Origin: Saprospiraceae bacterium
GTDB lineage: Bacteria > Bacteroidota > Bacteroidia > Chitinophagales > Saprospiraceae
Assembly: GCA_045106825.1 (NCBI GenBank)
Contig: JBGCFH010000036.1
Coordinates: 23,353 to 87,352, forward strand
Reading direction: 5' to 3'
DNA: 64,000 nt
The translations under genes were made by a program, and so were the position numbers. Below are positions 7,646 through 17,596 of the stretch, piece by piece; within the stretch, counting starts at the first letter, position 1; every line of letters starts with the position of its first letter. The notes below the pieces were generated by a model, which worked only from the letters and a program-made list of their open reading frames with translations, was not told where the DNA came from and searched no databases.

Positions 7646-10513
7646 CTACATATACGCTTCAATCGGTGTACAAGCACAAATTAAGTTTCTATCACCATGA
7701 GCATTATTTACACGACCAACACTTGCCCAAAACTTATGTTTACGAACATAAGGTAATGGAAATGCCGCAGCTTCACGGCTGTACGGATATTCCCAAGTAT
7801 CATTAGTGATTTCTGCCAAAGTATGCGGAGCATTTTTCAATACATTATTTTCAGCATCTGCATCACCTTTTCCAATCGCATCAATCTCATTATGAATACT
7901 CATCATTGCATCACAGAAACGATCTAATTCCGCTTTATCTTCACTTTCAGTCGGTTCAATCATTACTGTATCAGGTACAGGAAACGCCAAAGTTGGAGCA
8001 TGAAAACCATAATCCATTAAACGTTTTGCAATATCTTCTGCTGTTACCCCTAACTCTTTGTAAGGTTTCAGATTTAAAATTAATTCATGTGCAGAACGTC
8101 CGTATTCACCAGTGTATAATACTTGATAACGTCCTTCTAAAACAGACTTAATATAGTTGGCAGTTAGAATCGCATATTTTGTAGCGTCCGTTACACCTTC
8201 TGCTCCCAACATTTTGATATAACCGTAAGAAATTAGTAAGATACTGGCACTTCCCCAAGGAGCAGCCGAGACAGCTGAAATACCTTTTTCGCCACCAGTC
8301 GAGATTAAAGTATGTGTTGGTAAATATGGCTTTAAGCTATCATTTACACATATTGGTCCCATTCCTGGACCACCGCCACCGTGAGGAATTGCGAAGGTTT
8401 TGTGCAAATTCAAGTGACAAACATCAGCACCAATTTCGTTTGGACTTGTCAGTCCAACTTGTGCATTCATGTTTGCTCCATCCATATAGACTCGCCCTCC
8501 ATGTTCATGAATTAAGTCACAAATTGCCTTGATTTCTACCTCAAAAACACCATGTGTTGATGGATATGTTACCATCAAACAAGCTAAATTATCACTATTC
8601 GCTTCGACTTTATCACGTAAATCATTTAAGTCAATATTTCCATTTTCATCACATTTTGTTACTACGACTTTCATTCCTGCCATAACCGCAGAAGCTGGAT
8701 TCGTTCCGTGAGCTGATGAAGGAATAATCGCTACATTTCGATGAAAATCGCCTCTATCTTCATGATAAGCACGAATTGTCATTAATCCTGTATATTCACC
8801 TTGAGCACCAGAATTTGGTTGTAATGAACAAGCAGTAAAACCAGTACATTGACATAACCAAGCTTCTAATTCTTCAAAAATTTGCGTATAACCTTCTGCT
8901 TGATTAATTGGAATAAACGGATGCAACCCACCAAATTCTCTCCAACTTACAGGAATCAATTCTGCCGCTGCATTCAATTTCATTGTACAAGAACCCGAAG
9001 AAATCATTGAGTGTGTCAATGATAAATCTTTATTTTCCAATGACTTAACATAACGCATCATTTGAGATTCTGAGTGATATGTATTAAAAATCGGATGCGT
9101 TAAATATGCTGTTTCACGAACTAAAGCCGTTGGAATTTTATAATCTAATTCATTTGCTTTCGCAAAATCCGCTATTACTGTTTTATCTTTTGCTTCTGCA
9201 AATACATTAACAATCGCTTGAACATCTGCGTGATTTGTCGTTTCGTTCAATGCAATCACCACTGAATTATTATTCGGATAGTAGAAGTTAATTTCATTTG
9301 CTTCCGCAATTGTTTTAACTGCTTCTGCATTCTCTACTTCTATTTTTATGGTATCAAAATAAGCATCATTCAGTTGATTATAACCTAATTTTGATAATTC
9401 TAAATCTGTAATTTGTGCAAAACCATGAATACGTTCCGCAATCGCTTTAATGCGTTCGGGACCATGATAAACCGCATACATTCCTGACATAATCGCCAAT
9501 AATGCTTGAGCCGTACAGATATTAGAAGTTGCTCTTTCACGCTTGATATGTTGCTCACGAGTTTGCAGTGCCATACGTAAAGCAGGATTTCCGTGTCTAT
9601 CTATAGAAACACCGATGATACGACCCGGAATCTGACGTTTGTACTTTTCATGTGTTGCAAAGAACGCAGCATGAGGACCACCATAACCCATTGGCACACC
9701 AAAACGTTGTGTATTACCAACAACTGCATCCGCTCCCCATTCGCCTGGAGGTGTCAACAAAGCCAAACTCATTAAATCTGCCGCAACGGTTACATATATT
9801 TTTTTTGCCTTCGCCTCTTCTGCTAAGGCACGATAATCTTCTACCGAACCTTCTGCCGCTGGGTATTGTAACAAAATCCCGTAAACATCTTTTGATAAGT
9901 CAAAATCTTTGACATTTTGAATCACGACTTCAATTCCTAAAGGAATCGCACGAGTTTTTAAAACATCTAAAGTTTGTGGTAAAACAGCATCCGAAACCAA
10001 TAATTTTGGAGCGGTAACTTTACGTTTGTTTTTTAAACCAAAGAACATTGCCATTGCTTCCGCTGCAGCAGTTCCTTCATCTAACAAAGAAGCGTTTGCC
10101 ATCGGCATTGCTGTCAAATCGCTCACCATTGTTTGAAAATTCAATAAAGCTTCCAAACGTCCTTGTGCAATTTCGGCTTGATATGGCGTATATTGTGTAT
10201 ACCAACCTGGATTCTCAAAAATATTTCTCAAAATTACTGCTGGCGTAATCGTATCGTGATAGCCTAAACCAATATACGTTTTGAAAACTTTGTTTTTAGC
10301 AGCGATTGCTTTCAGTTCGTTCAAATACTGATATTCACTAACTGCGTCAGGAATATCTAAAACTTTATTCGAACGAATTGTTGATGGTACAGTTTGGTCA
10401 ATTAATTCTTCTAACGAAGAAACACCAACAGTTTGCAGCATTGCTGCAATATCGTTTTTGTTGATACCAATATGTCTTTCGACAAAACGGTCTGGTGCAG
10501 ATAATTTTAGCAT
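7646..10513 (-). CDS. gcvP: Glycine dehydrogenase (decarboxylating), glycine cleavage system P protein
   Basis: Full-length single-chain 955-aa P protein. Hallmark stretches YTPYQAEIAQGRLEALLNFQTM and the PLP-lysine region CHLNLHKTFAIPHGGGGPG. Confidence 0.97.
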   Translation of the reverse strand: MLKLSAPDRFVERHIGINKNDIAAMLQTVGVSSLEELIDQTVPSTIRSNKVLDIPDAVSEYQYLNELKAIAAKNKVFKTYIGLGYHDTITPAVILRNIFENPGWYTQYTPYQAEIAQGRLEALLNFQTMVSDLTAMPMANASLLDEGTAAAEAMAMFFGLKNKRKVTAPKLLVSDAVLPQTLDVLKTRAIPLGIEVVIQNVKDFDLSKDVYGILLQYPAAEGSVEDYRALAEEAKAKKIYVTVAADLMSLALLTPPGEWGADAVVGNTQRFGVPMGYGGPHAAFFATHEKYKRQIPGRIIGVSIDRHGNPALRMALQTREQHIKRERATSNICTAQALLAIMSGMYAVYHGPERIKAIAERIHGFAQITDLELSKLGYNQLNDAYFDTIKIEVENAEAVKTIAEANEINFYYPNNNSVVIALNETTNHADVQAIVNVFAEAKDKTVIADFAKANELDYKIPTALVRETAYLTHPIFNTYHSESQMMRYVKSLENKDLSLTHSMISSGSCTMKLNAAAELIPVSWREFGGLHPFIPINQAEGYTQIFEELEAWLCQCTGFTACSLQPNSGAQGEYTGLMTIRAYHEDRGDFHRNVAIIPSSAHGTNPASAVMAGMKVVVTKCDENGNIDLNDLRDKVEANSDNLACLMVTYPSTHGVFEVEIKAICDLIHEHGGRVYMDGANMNAQVGLTSPNEIGADVCHLNLHKTFAIPHGGGGPGMGPICVNDSLKPYLPTHTLISTGGEKGISAVSAAPWGSASILLISYGYIKMLGAEGVTDATKYAILTANYIKSVLEGRYQVLYTGEYGRSAHELILNLKPYKELGVTAEDIAKRLMDYGFHAPTLAFPVPDTVMIEPTESEDKAELDRFCDAMMSIHNEIDAIGKGDADAENNVLKNAPHTLAEITNDTWEYPYSREAAAFPLPYVRKHKFWASVGRVNNAHGDRNLICACTPIEAYM

Positions 10514-10607
10514 TTTCAGTAAAGTTAGTCAAGGTCTTGACACTAAATAATCTACTATTCTTATAAAAACAAAAGTGATTATTTATTCTCAATCCTGTTA
10601 GAACACG

Positions 10608-10654
10608 ATGTTAAAATATAGTTTTAGCAAAGATAATCTTTAACCTTTAAAACG
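10608..10654 (-). promoter_or_regulatory. Candidate promoter for gcvP; copy A of a conserved intergenic motif
   Basis: The minus strand reads ..ggttaaagatTAtcTTTGctaaaactat.., an exact Bacteroidetes -7 box TAnnTTTG (plus coordinates 10628-10635), about 115 nt upstream of the gcvP ATG. The core ttttagcaaa..tttaaccttta.aacg recurs at 12198-12242, and a shorter part recurs at 41117-41135. Confidence 0.4.
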
Positions 10655-10752
10655 ATAAATCAAATTGGTATCAAAACACGAAAAGATGAATTTGTTTTTT
10701 ATTTGGATTTTGTTTAAATAAGAAAGTTCTAAATTTTGTGTTTATTGTTCTC

Positions 10753-10954
10753 GTTTCGCTGAAACTTAAAATAGTAATTATAATTATTACGTTTTGCTTT
10801 GCAAAATGCCTTTTTTACGCAGACTCACGCTGATTTTCCAATATTTTGCAAAAATATTTTTGCTTTTGTTAATAAAAAACCTGCATGAGGTAATTGTTTT
10901 GCAAGACAAAACGCAACGCAACATTTTCATTTTTAAATTTAACTTCAGCGAAAC
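10753..10954. repeat. About 200-bp nested inverted-repeat element with three TTTTGC/GCAAAA palindromes
   Basis: Outer arms gtttcgctgaa (10753-10763) and ttcagcgaaac (10944-10954). Inner arms cgttttgctttgcaaaa (10790-10806) and ttttgcaagacaaaacg (10897-10913). Central perfect palindrome gcaaaaatatttttgc (10848-10863). Confidence 0.6.
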
Positions 10955-11185
10955 ATCAATTATTGAGATAAGAAAATGGAATACACCTAATAAATGGGAA
11001 ATTATTAATTCTCCATTTTCATAAATTCAAAATGTATTTATACTACATCATTGATTATGAAAAATCAAAGGAGATTCTCAATACGTTTTCATATTTTAAC
11101 AAAAATGAGCATATTTACGATGAAAAAAATATTAATTAAAATACTCATATATTAAATTTCAATATATTTAAGAATGATATTTTTT

Positions 11186-11623
11186 TTATTGACTCAAAGT
11201 ATTTTTTAATAATTTCTTCTTCACCCAGCCTATTTTATTATTATATCGAACTTTCCACCACCATTCCCCCTCATCATCAATAACTTCAATTAATGTTTCA
11301 ACTTCTAATCTTGAAATGACTCTTGACTTAGAACTTGCCTCATCTCTTAAACTTGTTTCTTTTACTACTCTGTAAATATTCATATTTACAGTTGCTCTTT
11401 CTGTTTCTGTCCTCTGAAGAGAAGTAGAATTTGAATTAAAATCTTTTGCTTGATTAAGACTTAAAACAATAGTTGTCCCAATTATTAATGTTAAAATAAC
11501 ATCCCAATTTCTACTCAAGTATCTACTTTTCCATAAAGCATATATTCCAACAGGAGGTATAAAAATACAAAAGAAGATTATTAAGAAAATATTGTTATAC
11601 CATCTTTGATTTCTACGTCCCAT
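11186..11623 (-). CDS. Membrane protein with C-terminal SH3b-like domain
   Basis: Two N-terminal hydrophobic helices (IFLIIFFCIFIPPVGIYALW, VILTLIIGTTIVLSL). C-terminus YRVVKETSLRDEASSKSRVISRLE..WWKVRYNNKIGWVKKKLL resembles bacterial SH3 domains. Confidence 0.6.
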   Translation of the reverse strand: MGRRNQRWYNNIFLIIFFCIFIPPVGIYALWKSRYLSRNWDVILTLIIGTTIVLSLNQAKDFNSNSTSLQRTETERATVNMNIYRVVKETSLRDEASSKSRVISRLEVETLIEVIDDEGEWWWKVRYNNKIGWVKKKLLKNTLSQ

Positions 11624-11628
11624 CGTTT

Positions 11629-12027
11629 TTAGTTAATTAAATTAGATATTAGGTTTTGATAAAAAGCAGTAACTCCAACAAAAGCATCACCAATCATTCC
11701 AGCATCATAGATAAACATACAATTAAAATCTTCTTCTAATTTTTCGACTAAAAGACTATATAATATTATATTTATAAAAGCTGTAATTGGCACTCCTATT
11801 CTAAAATAATTCTTACGAGTTTTATGATTTAAGATTATCATCCCTAAAGCTATACCTACAAAACCCATAAAGATAGAAGCCCAAAATAATTTTGCCTCTG
11901 GAACTCTCCCTTTCCCTGTTTTCGACTTATTTAAAATTGCAATTTTCTTATCTTTATACATTAACTTATAAGACCAAATATTAGCGGTCAAAAATATTAA
12001 CAAAAGGTAAAATGTATTTATTATCAT
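11629..12027 (-). CDS. DUF1294-family membrane protein
   Basis: The segment GRVPEAKLFWASIFMGFVGIALGMIILNHKTRK matches the DUF1294 signature (R.PE..L....GG..G......HKT.K). It lies 5 nt upstream of the SH3b gene on the same strand. Confidence 0.65.
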   Translation of the reverse strand: MIINTFYLLLIFLTANIWSYKLMYKDKKIAILNKSKTGKGRVPEAKLFWASIFMGFVGIALGMIILNHKTRKNYFRIGVPITAFINIILYSLLVEKLEEDFNCMFIYDAGMIGDAFVGVTAFYQNLISNLIN

Positions 12028-12197
12028 AAATAATTTATTTAGATATGATTAAGAAAAAGGTGTCAGTTATTTACCATTAACTCCTTAACTCAAAAATAGA
12101 ATATTATAAATGTCAATATATAACCAAATATACATTATATATATTTATTATTATAATATAACAAATACTTATTTAGTATCAATTCTATTAAAGCATA

Positions 12198-12242
12198 ATG
12201 TTAGAGTATAGTTTTAGCAAAAAATATTTAACCTTTAGAACG
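12198..12242 (-). promoter_or_regulatory. Copy B of the conserved intergenic motif (candidate promoter for the DUF1294/SH3b pair)
   Basis: atgttagagtatagttttagcaaaaaatatttaacctttagaacg aligns with 10608-10654 (15-nt identical block tatagttttagcaaa plus tttaaccttta.aacg). It lies about 185 nt upstream of the ATG at 12027. The -7-like box has one extra T relative to TAnnTTTG. Confidence 0.3.
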
Positions 12243-12397
12243 GTTGTAGTGCAACTCTTCAAAAGTTTTTTTTAATCATATTTTTTGTTAAACAAAGGTA
12301 GTGCAGTATTTCTGTCTGTTGTGCATGTATTATTTCACAGGCAGGAATGCCTGTGTTACTTTATTCTGAAAAAAGGGAAAATACATATTGCTAAAAT

Positions 12398-12430
12398 AAA
12401 AAAGGCTTCACCGAAGCGAAGCCTTTTTTA
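12398..12430 (-). terminator. Intrinsic terminator downstream of clpC
   Basis: aaaaaaggcttc-accgaagc-gaagcctttttt is a GC-cored stem flanked by an A6 run and a T6 run. It lies 22 nt beyond the clpC stop codon. Confidence 0.8.
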
Positions 12431-12451
12431 TTATCTATTATTTTCAGTTTA

Positions 12452-14980
12452 TTAATTCAAACTTGGTTCTTCCACTACTTTTTTGATAATAACTTGCTTA
12501 TTTTCATCATCAAAATTAGCAATTAAACTACCTTCTTTTGCATTATCGTTTAGGATAAATTCCGCTAACGGGTCTTCCAAATATTTCTGAATCGCACGAT
12601 GTAAAGGTCTTGCACCGAACTGTGGATCATATCCTTTTTCAGCTAAAAATGCTTTCGCTTCATCACTCAATGACAAGGTATAATTGATATTTTTTAAACG
12701 TGTATAAACATCGGTCATTGCAATATCAATAATTTGGAAAATATCATCTTTTCCTAAAGAGTTAAAGACAACCACATCATCAATACGATTTAAAAATTCA
12801 GGTGAAAATGTACGTTTCAATGCATTTTGAATCACACCTCTTGCGTCATCATCCGCAGATTCTACTCTTGATTTTGTAGCAAAACCAACACCTGAACCAA
12901 AGTCTTTCAATTTACGAACACCAATATTTGAAGTCATCAAAATCAATGTATTCTTGAAATCTACCTTTCGACCCAAACCATCTGTTAATTGTCCATCATC
13001 CAACACTTGTAACAAAATATTATAAACATCAGGATGTGCTTTTTCGATTTCATCTAATAAAATCACTGAATAAGGCTTACGACGAACACGTTCCGTCAAT
13101 TGTCCACCTTCTTCGTAACCAACGTATCCTGGAGGCGCTCCGATTAATCGAGAAATAGAGAACTTCTCCATATATTCAGACATATCAATACGAACTAAAG
13201 CATCTTCAGAGTCGAACATATAACGTGCTAAAGCTTTCGCTAATTCTGTCTTACCAACACCTGTTGGGCCAAGAAAAATAAACGAACCAATCGGTTTTTT
13301 CGGATCTTTCAATCCGACACGATTACGCTGAATCGCTTTAGTGATTTTCAGTACAGCTTCATCTTGACCGATAATAGCTTTTTTCAAATCAGCACCCATT
13401 GTAATCAATTTATTGCTTTCGTTTTGAGCTACACGACGTACAGGAATTCCTGTCATCATTGCTACAACCTCTGCAATATCTTCTTCTCCTACTGGATATT
13501 TCTTAGTTTTTGACTCTTCTTCCCATTCCATTTTAGCAAATTCTAACTTACGTTGTAATTTGCTCTCATCATCACGCAAATCCGCAGCACGTTCATACTG
13601 CTGATTTTTTACTGCCTGATTTTTCTCTTCTTTCAGCGTTTCAATTTGCTGTTCTAAAGAAATGATGTGTTTAGGAACACTAATATTTTTTAAATGAACT
13701 CTTGCACCGACTTCATCCAAGATATCAATTGCCTTATCTGGCAAATGTCTATCTGTAATATAACGGGCAGATAAAGTGACACACGATTTTATCGCCTCAT
13801 CATCATATTGAACATTATGAAACTCTTCATATTTTGGCTTGATATTATGTAGAATATGAACAGCTTCTTCTTGCGTTGGCGGATCGACCATTACTTTTTG
13901 GAAACGTCTATCCAAAGCACCATCTTTCTCAATATGCTGACGATATTCATCCAATGTCGAAGCACCAATACATTGCAACTCACCTCTTGCCAAAGCAGGT
14001 TTGAAAATATTCGATGCATCAAGAGAACCAGTTGCACCTCCAGCACCTACAATAGTATGAATTTCATCAATAAACAAAATTACATCACGAGATTTTTCCA
14101 ACTCGTTCATAATAGCTTTCATACGTTCTTCGAATTGTCCACGATATTTTGTTCCAGCAACTAAAGCTGCCAGATCTAACATCACAATTCGTTTGTTGAA
14201 CAATGCACGAGATACTTTCTTTTGAGTAATTCGCAAAGCTAAACCTTCAACAATTGCTGTTTTTCCAACACCAGGTTCACCGATAAGAATCGGATTATTC
14301 TTTTTACGACGGCTCAAAATTTGAGAAACTCGTTCGATTTCTCTTTCACGACCGATAATTGGATCTAATTTTCCTTCTTCTGCTAATTTCGTCACGTCAC
14401 GACCGAAGTTGTCTAAAACTGGTGTACGAGATTTTGCTTGTCCACGCTGTTGTTGACTCGGGTTGTTTCCACCTCCACGAGGTTGTTGATACCGTTGGTT
14501 ATCGTCATCTTCAAACTCATCAGAAGGACTTTGATCTTTGATTTCTTGGCTCACGTATTGTAATTCTGTTTTAAAAATATCATAATCTACGTCGAATTGT
14601 TGTAGAATTTTTGCTGCTAAGTTCTTATCCTTTAAGATAGACAAAACCAAATGCTCCAAATCTACTTCTTCATCTTTCAACATTCGAGCTTCTAAAAAAG
14701 TAGCTTTAAGCACTTTCTCTGCTTGTTTGTTTAGTGGTAATTCGCCCACATTATAACTTGCCCGTACTGAACGCTTGTTTGGAACAGAACTTTCGATAAC
14801 GCCACGGAGTTCGTCAGTATTAACATCTAAAGATTCTAATACTTTGACTGCTAAACTGTTAGGTTTTAGCGTAATTCCGAGCAACAAATGTTCTGTACCA
14901 ATATAGCTATGTCCTAATCGGTCTGCTTCTTGCCGACTTTTGGAGATAACTTCTTTCACTTTTGGTGAAAACCGATTCAT
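12452..14980 (-). CDS. clpC: ATP-dependent Clp protease ATP-binding subunit (ClpC-type AAA+ chaperone)
   Basis: Clp_N repeats at the N-terminus. Two AAA+ modules with Walker A GEPGVGKT and GPTGVGKT. Short UVR-like linker ([17 protein letters not shown]) instead of the long ClpB middle domain. Confidence 0.9.
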   Translation of the reverse strand: MNRFSPKVKEVISKSRQEADRLGHSYIGTEHLLLGITLKPNSLAVKVLESLDVNTDELRGVIESSVPNKRSVRASYNVGELPLNKQAEKVLKATFLEARMLKDEEVDLEHLVLSILKDKNLAAKILQQFDVDYDIFKTELQYVSQEIKDQSPSDEFEDDDNQRYQQPRGGGNNPSQQQRGQAKSRTPVLDNFGRDVTKLAEEGKLDPIIGREREIERVSQILSRRKKNNPILIGEPGVGKTAIVEGLALRITQKKVSRALFNKRIVMLDLAALVAGTKYRGQFEERMKAIMNELEKSRDVILFIDEIHTIVGAGGATGSLDASNIFKPALARGELQCIGASTLDEYRQHIEKDGALDRRFQKVMVDPPTQEEAVHILHNIKPKYEEFHNVQYDDEAIKSCVTLSARYITDRHLPDKAIDILDEVGARVHLKNISVPKHIISLEQQIETLKEEKNQAVKNQQYERAADLRDDESKLQRKLEFAKMEWEEESKTKKYPVGEEDIAEVVAMMTGIPVRRVAQNESNKLITMGADLKKAIIGQDEAVLKITKAIQRNRVGLKDPKKPIGSFIFLGPTGVGKTELAKALARYMFDSEDALVRIDMSEYMEKFSISRLIGAPPGYVGYEEGGQLTERVRRKPYSVILLDEIEKAHPDVYNILLQVLDDGQLTDGLGRKVDFKNTLILMTSNIGVRKLKDFGSGVGFATKSRVESADDDARGVIQNALKRTFSPEFLNRIDDVVVFNSLGKDDIFQIIDIAMTDVYTRLKNINYTLSLSDEAKAFLAEKGYDPQFGARPLHRAIQKYLEDPLAEFILNDNAKEGSLIANFDDENKQVIIKKVVEEPSLN

Positions 14981-15603
14981 TACTTATATATTTTAGTCTT
15001 TATTCACAAAGCAATTATACCGCTTAATTATAAAAAGGTTGGATAGTTGTTTTAGTGAATATAAATTCTTAATAATTTTAATCCATTAAATTTAAGAAAA
15101 GAATGGTTCAAAAATCTTGAATTTTTGTTATAAAAATTAATCCCAATAATTGTACTAATAAATGTAAGCTTTTTTCTATGAACAATCCAATATTATGTCT
15201 AACAAATTAAATGTAGAACCGTTCATATTATTGTTTTTTTTGTATTTAGATTATTTTTTACAATAATTTGGTGAAGATTACAACCTCCAGCCTATTTCAT
15301 TTTGTCAAAAACTCTACCAACCGATAATATTATGGTAATAATGAACAATTTGTCAGTTACTTAACGTGTTTGTAGAATTAATCACCATATTATTTTAATG
15401 AACTTTAAGTTTTTCTTAATTTTAAAGACAAATTTCACTAAAATTTTTTCAATAATATTTATACATTTGTGGACGAATATCCTTAATGTACTTTAGTTTT
15501 TAATCAAGCTGTATTTTAATATAGGATATTATTAAGGTATACTATTTAAAAATAATTATACATTTATAACCTAAAGTAATTAAGATAACAAATAACTTGA
15601 ATT

Positions 15604-15972
15604 ATGAAATACTCAATTGATAAACAAGAAAAATACACGGTTTTGTCTCTTCAAGATGAAAACTTAAATTCTGTTGTTGCACCAGATTTGAAATCTGAAT
15701 TGGTCATCTTACGTAACGAAGGCATCGAAAATTTAATCTTAAATTTAGAAGATGTTAAATTTGTAGATTCGTCAGGTCTTAGTGCCATATTGACAGCGAA
15801 TCGCTTATGGAATGGTCTCGGACAATTCGTTTTAACTGGTGTAAATCATACAAGCGTAAAGAAATTAATAGCGATTTCTCGTTTAGATTCCATTTTGAAT
15901 ATTAAAGAATCACTTGAAGCAAGTATCGAAAGTATTATGATGGAGAACTTAGATCAAGAGTTAGATGCTTAA
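15604..15972 (+). CDS. STAS-domain protein (anti-sigma-factor antagonist, SpoIIAA-like)
   Basis: 122 aa with the typical VKFVDSSGLSAIL phosphorylatable-serine segment. A TAcaTTTG box at 15462-15469 is a possible promoter. Confidence 0.8.
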   Translation: MKYSIDKQEKYTVLSLQDENLNSVVAPDLKSELVILRNEGIENLILNLEDVKFVDSSGLSAILTANRLWNGLGQFVLTGVNHTSVKKLIAISRLDSILNIKESLEASIESIMMENLDQELDA

Positions 15973-15992
15973 AACCGTCTGATTATTCATTC

Positions 15993-16030
15993 AAAAAGGT
16001 GAAGCTGATTATTTCTGCTTCACCTTTTTT
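15993..16030 (+). terminator. Intrinsic terminator after the STAS gene
   Basis: aaaaaggtgaagc-tgattatttct-gcttcacctttttt is a stem flanked by A5 and T6 runs. Confidence 0.8.
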
Positions 16031-16098
16031 GCTGGTATCTATATTCTAATTACCTTGCAAATTATATATTATCAAATTCGTAATAGAAGTTATCATCA

Positions 16099-17529
16099 AT
16101 GACCAAACAACCAACAAATCGCCTCGAACAACTCAAACAACTCTTTCCCGAAACTATCATTAACGGACAGGTTGATTTCTCGAAATTACAACAAATTTTA
16201 GGCGATAATTCGACCGAAAGTGAAACTGATTTTGGTTTGCATTGGTTAGGGAAATCTGATATTTTCAAGGACATCGAACATCCAATAAGTACGAATCTAT
16301 TATTGGCGAAAGCCAAAAGTATAAACCCACAAAATACTGAAAATCAATTTATTGAAGGTGAAAACTTGGAAGTATTGCGTCACTTGCAACACACGCATAA
16401 AGAAGCGGTAAAACTCATTTACATCGATCCACCTTACAACACTGGAAATGACCATTTTGTCTATTCGGACAACTTCATCGAAAGCAAAGCAAATTGGCAC
16501 GAAAACGATAGGGAAAACGAGCGTTTTCACGCCAACTGGCTCTCGATGATGTACGCAAGATTAACGTTAGCACGGAATCTTTTGCGGGAAGATGGAGCGA
16601 TTTTTCTCTCGATTGATGACAATGAATTATATCATTTGAAATTGATTTTAGATGAGATTTTTGGTGAACAAAATTTCATTGCTACAATGGTTCGACAATG
16701 CAAAGTAGGAAGCGGACACGATAGCGGACACGTTGCGGTTGAGTACGATTACGTTGTTTTTTATGCTAAAAATAAGTCAGAATTAAAAGCTAAAAAGCAA
16801 ACAGTTGACACATCTTTGGATAAAAAATATCGCTATGAAGATGCTTTTGTCGAAGAACGAGGAAAGTATTATTTGCGAGATTTAGATTATAAAGGAACGT
16901 ATTCGGCTTCGATGGATTTTCCTTTGGAAATGCCTGACGGAACGACGATTTACTCTGGTGGAAAACATGGACAACCAAATACTTGGCGTTGGTCAAAAGA
17001 GAAGGTCGAATGGGGAAAATTGCCAGAAAATGATTTTATCGTTTTCAAAAAACGTCCAAAAGGTTGGAAAGCGTATATTAAACAATATCAATTTGTGGAT
17101 AATAAAGGCAATCGTCGAGAGCGAAAATTACCTTATCGTGCGTTGGTTCAGTTTCTAAATGGCGAAGGAACGAAGGATATTCGAGATTTATTCGGTGAAG
17201 CTGTTTTTTCTTTTCCAAAATCTGTATCTTTACTAACTTACTTAATATCAATGGTTTGTGACGATGATGATACGGTTTTAGATTTTTTCGCAGGTTCGAG
17301 TACAACGGCTCATGCTGTTTTAAAAATCAATCATGAACAGCAGAAAAATCTGAATTTTATTTGTGTTCAAATTCCTGAAAATTTGCCAGCGAAAAGTGCT
17401 GCAAAAAAAGCTGGTTTTGAAACACTTTCAGAGTTGAGTTTTGCGAGAATTTGTAAAGTTATTGAACAATTAGGTGATGAGCAAGGTGTTCAGTTTCTAC
17501 AAGTACAACCTGTAGTTACTCACGTTTAA
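16099..17529 (+). CDS. Site-specific DNA amino-methyltransferase, beta class (N6-adenine or N4-cytosine)
   Basis: Catalytic motif IV IYIDPPYNTGND lies N-terminal to SAM motif I VLDFFAGSSTTAHA. This is the permuted order of the N6_N4_Mtase family. N-terminus LEQLKQLFPETIINGQVDFSKLQQILG is typical of Mod-like enzymes. Confidence 0.88.
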   Translation: MTKQPTNRLEQLKQLFPETIINGQVDFSKLQQILGDNSTESETDFGLHWLGKSDIFKDIEHPISTNLLLAKAKSINPQNTENQFIEGENLEVLRHLQHTHKEAVKLIYIDPPYNTGNDHFVYSDNFIESKANWHENDRENERFHANWLSMMYARLTLARNLLREDGAIFLSIDDNELYHLKLILDEIFGEQNFIATMVRQCKVGSGHDSGHVAVEYDYVVFYAKNKSELKAKKQTVDTSLDKKYRYEDAFVEERGKYYLRDLDYKGTYSASMDFPLEMPDGTTIYSGGKHGQPNTWRWSKEKVEWGKLPENDFIVFKKRPKGWKAYIKQYQFVDNKGNRRERKLPYRALVQFLNGEGTKDIRDLFGEAVFSFPKSVSLLTYLISMVCDDDDTVLDFFAGSSTTAHAVLKINHEQQKNLNFICVQIPENLPAKSAAKKAGFETLSELSFARICKVIEQLGDEQGVQFLQVQPVVTHV

Positions 17530-17577
17530 CTCCTCCAGAGTTATAAGGTAAACCCTGAAAGGGTTAAATATAAATAA

Positions 17578-17596
17578 CCATAGGTTGTACCTATGG
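17578..17596 (+). promoter_or_regulatory. Stem-loop that sequesters the start codon of the putative endonuclease
   Basis: Stem ccatagg (17578-17584), loop ttgta, stem cctatgg (17590-17596). The ATG at 17593-17595 lies inside the 3' arm. A second hairpin aaccc-tgaaa-gggtt lies at 17551-17565. Confidence 0.45.

Noticed and set aside
7906-10248. Multiple 60-86-aa plus-strand ORFs inside gcvP (7906-8151, 8314-8532, 8529-8711, 9593-9775, 9652-9912, 10048-10248).
   Set aside because: They are antisense to a full-length, highly conserved P-protein gene and have low-complexity, His/Leu-rich translations with no recognisable motifs. They are shadow ORFs.
10514-10740. Possible glycine riboswitch in the gcvP leader.
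   Set aside because: Glycine riboswitches have GC-rich conserved cores (GGAGAG..CACCGAAGGGGCAA-like). The leader here is AT-rich with nothing resembling these cores on the coding strand.
10794-11024. 76-aa ORF in the gcvP upstream region.
   Set aside because: It lies entirely within the nested inverted-repeat element and has a hydrophobic, low-complexity translation (MLCKMPFLRRLTLIFQYFAKIFLLLLIK..). No family motif is present. It is treated as non-coding.
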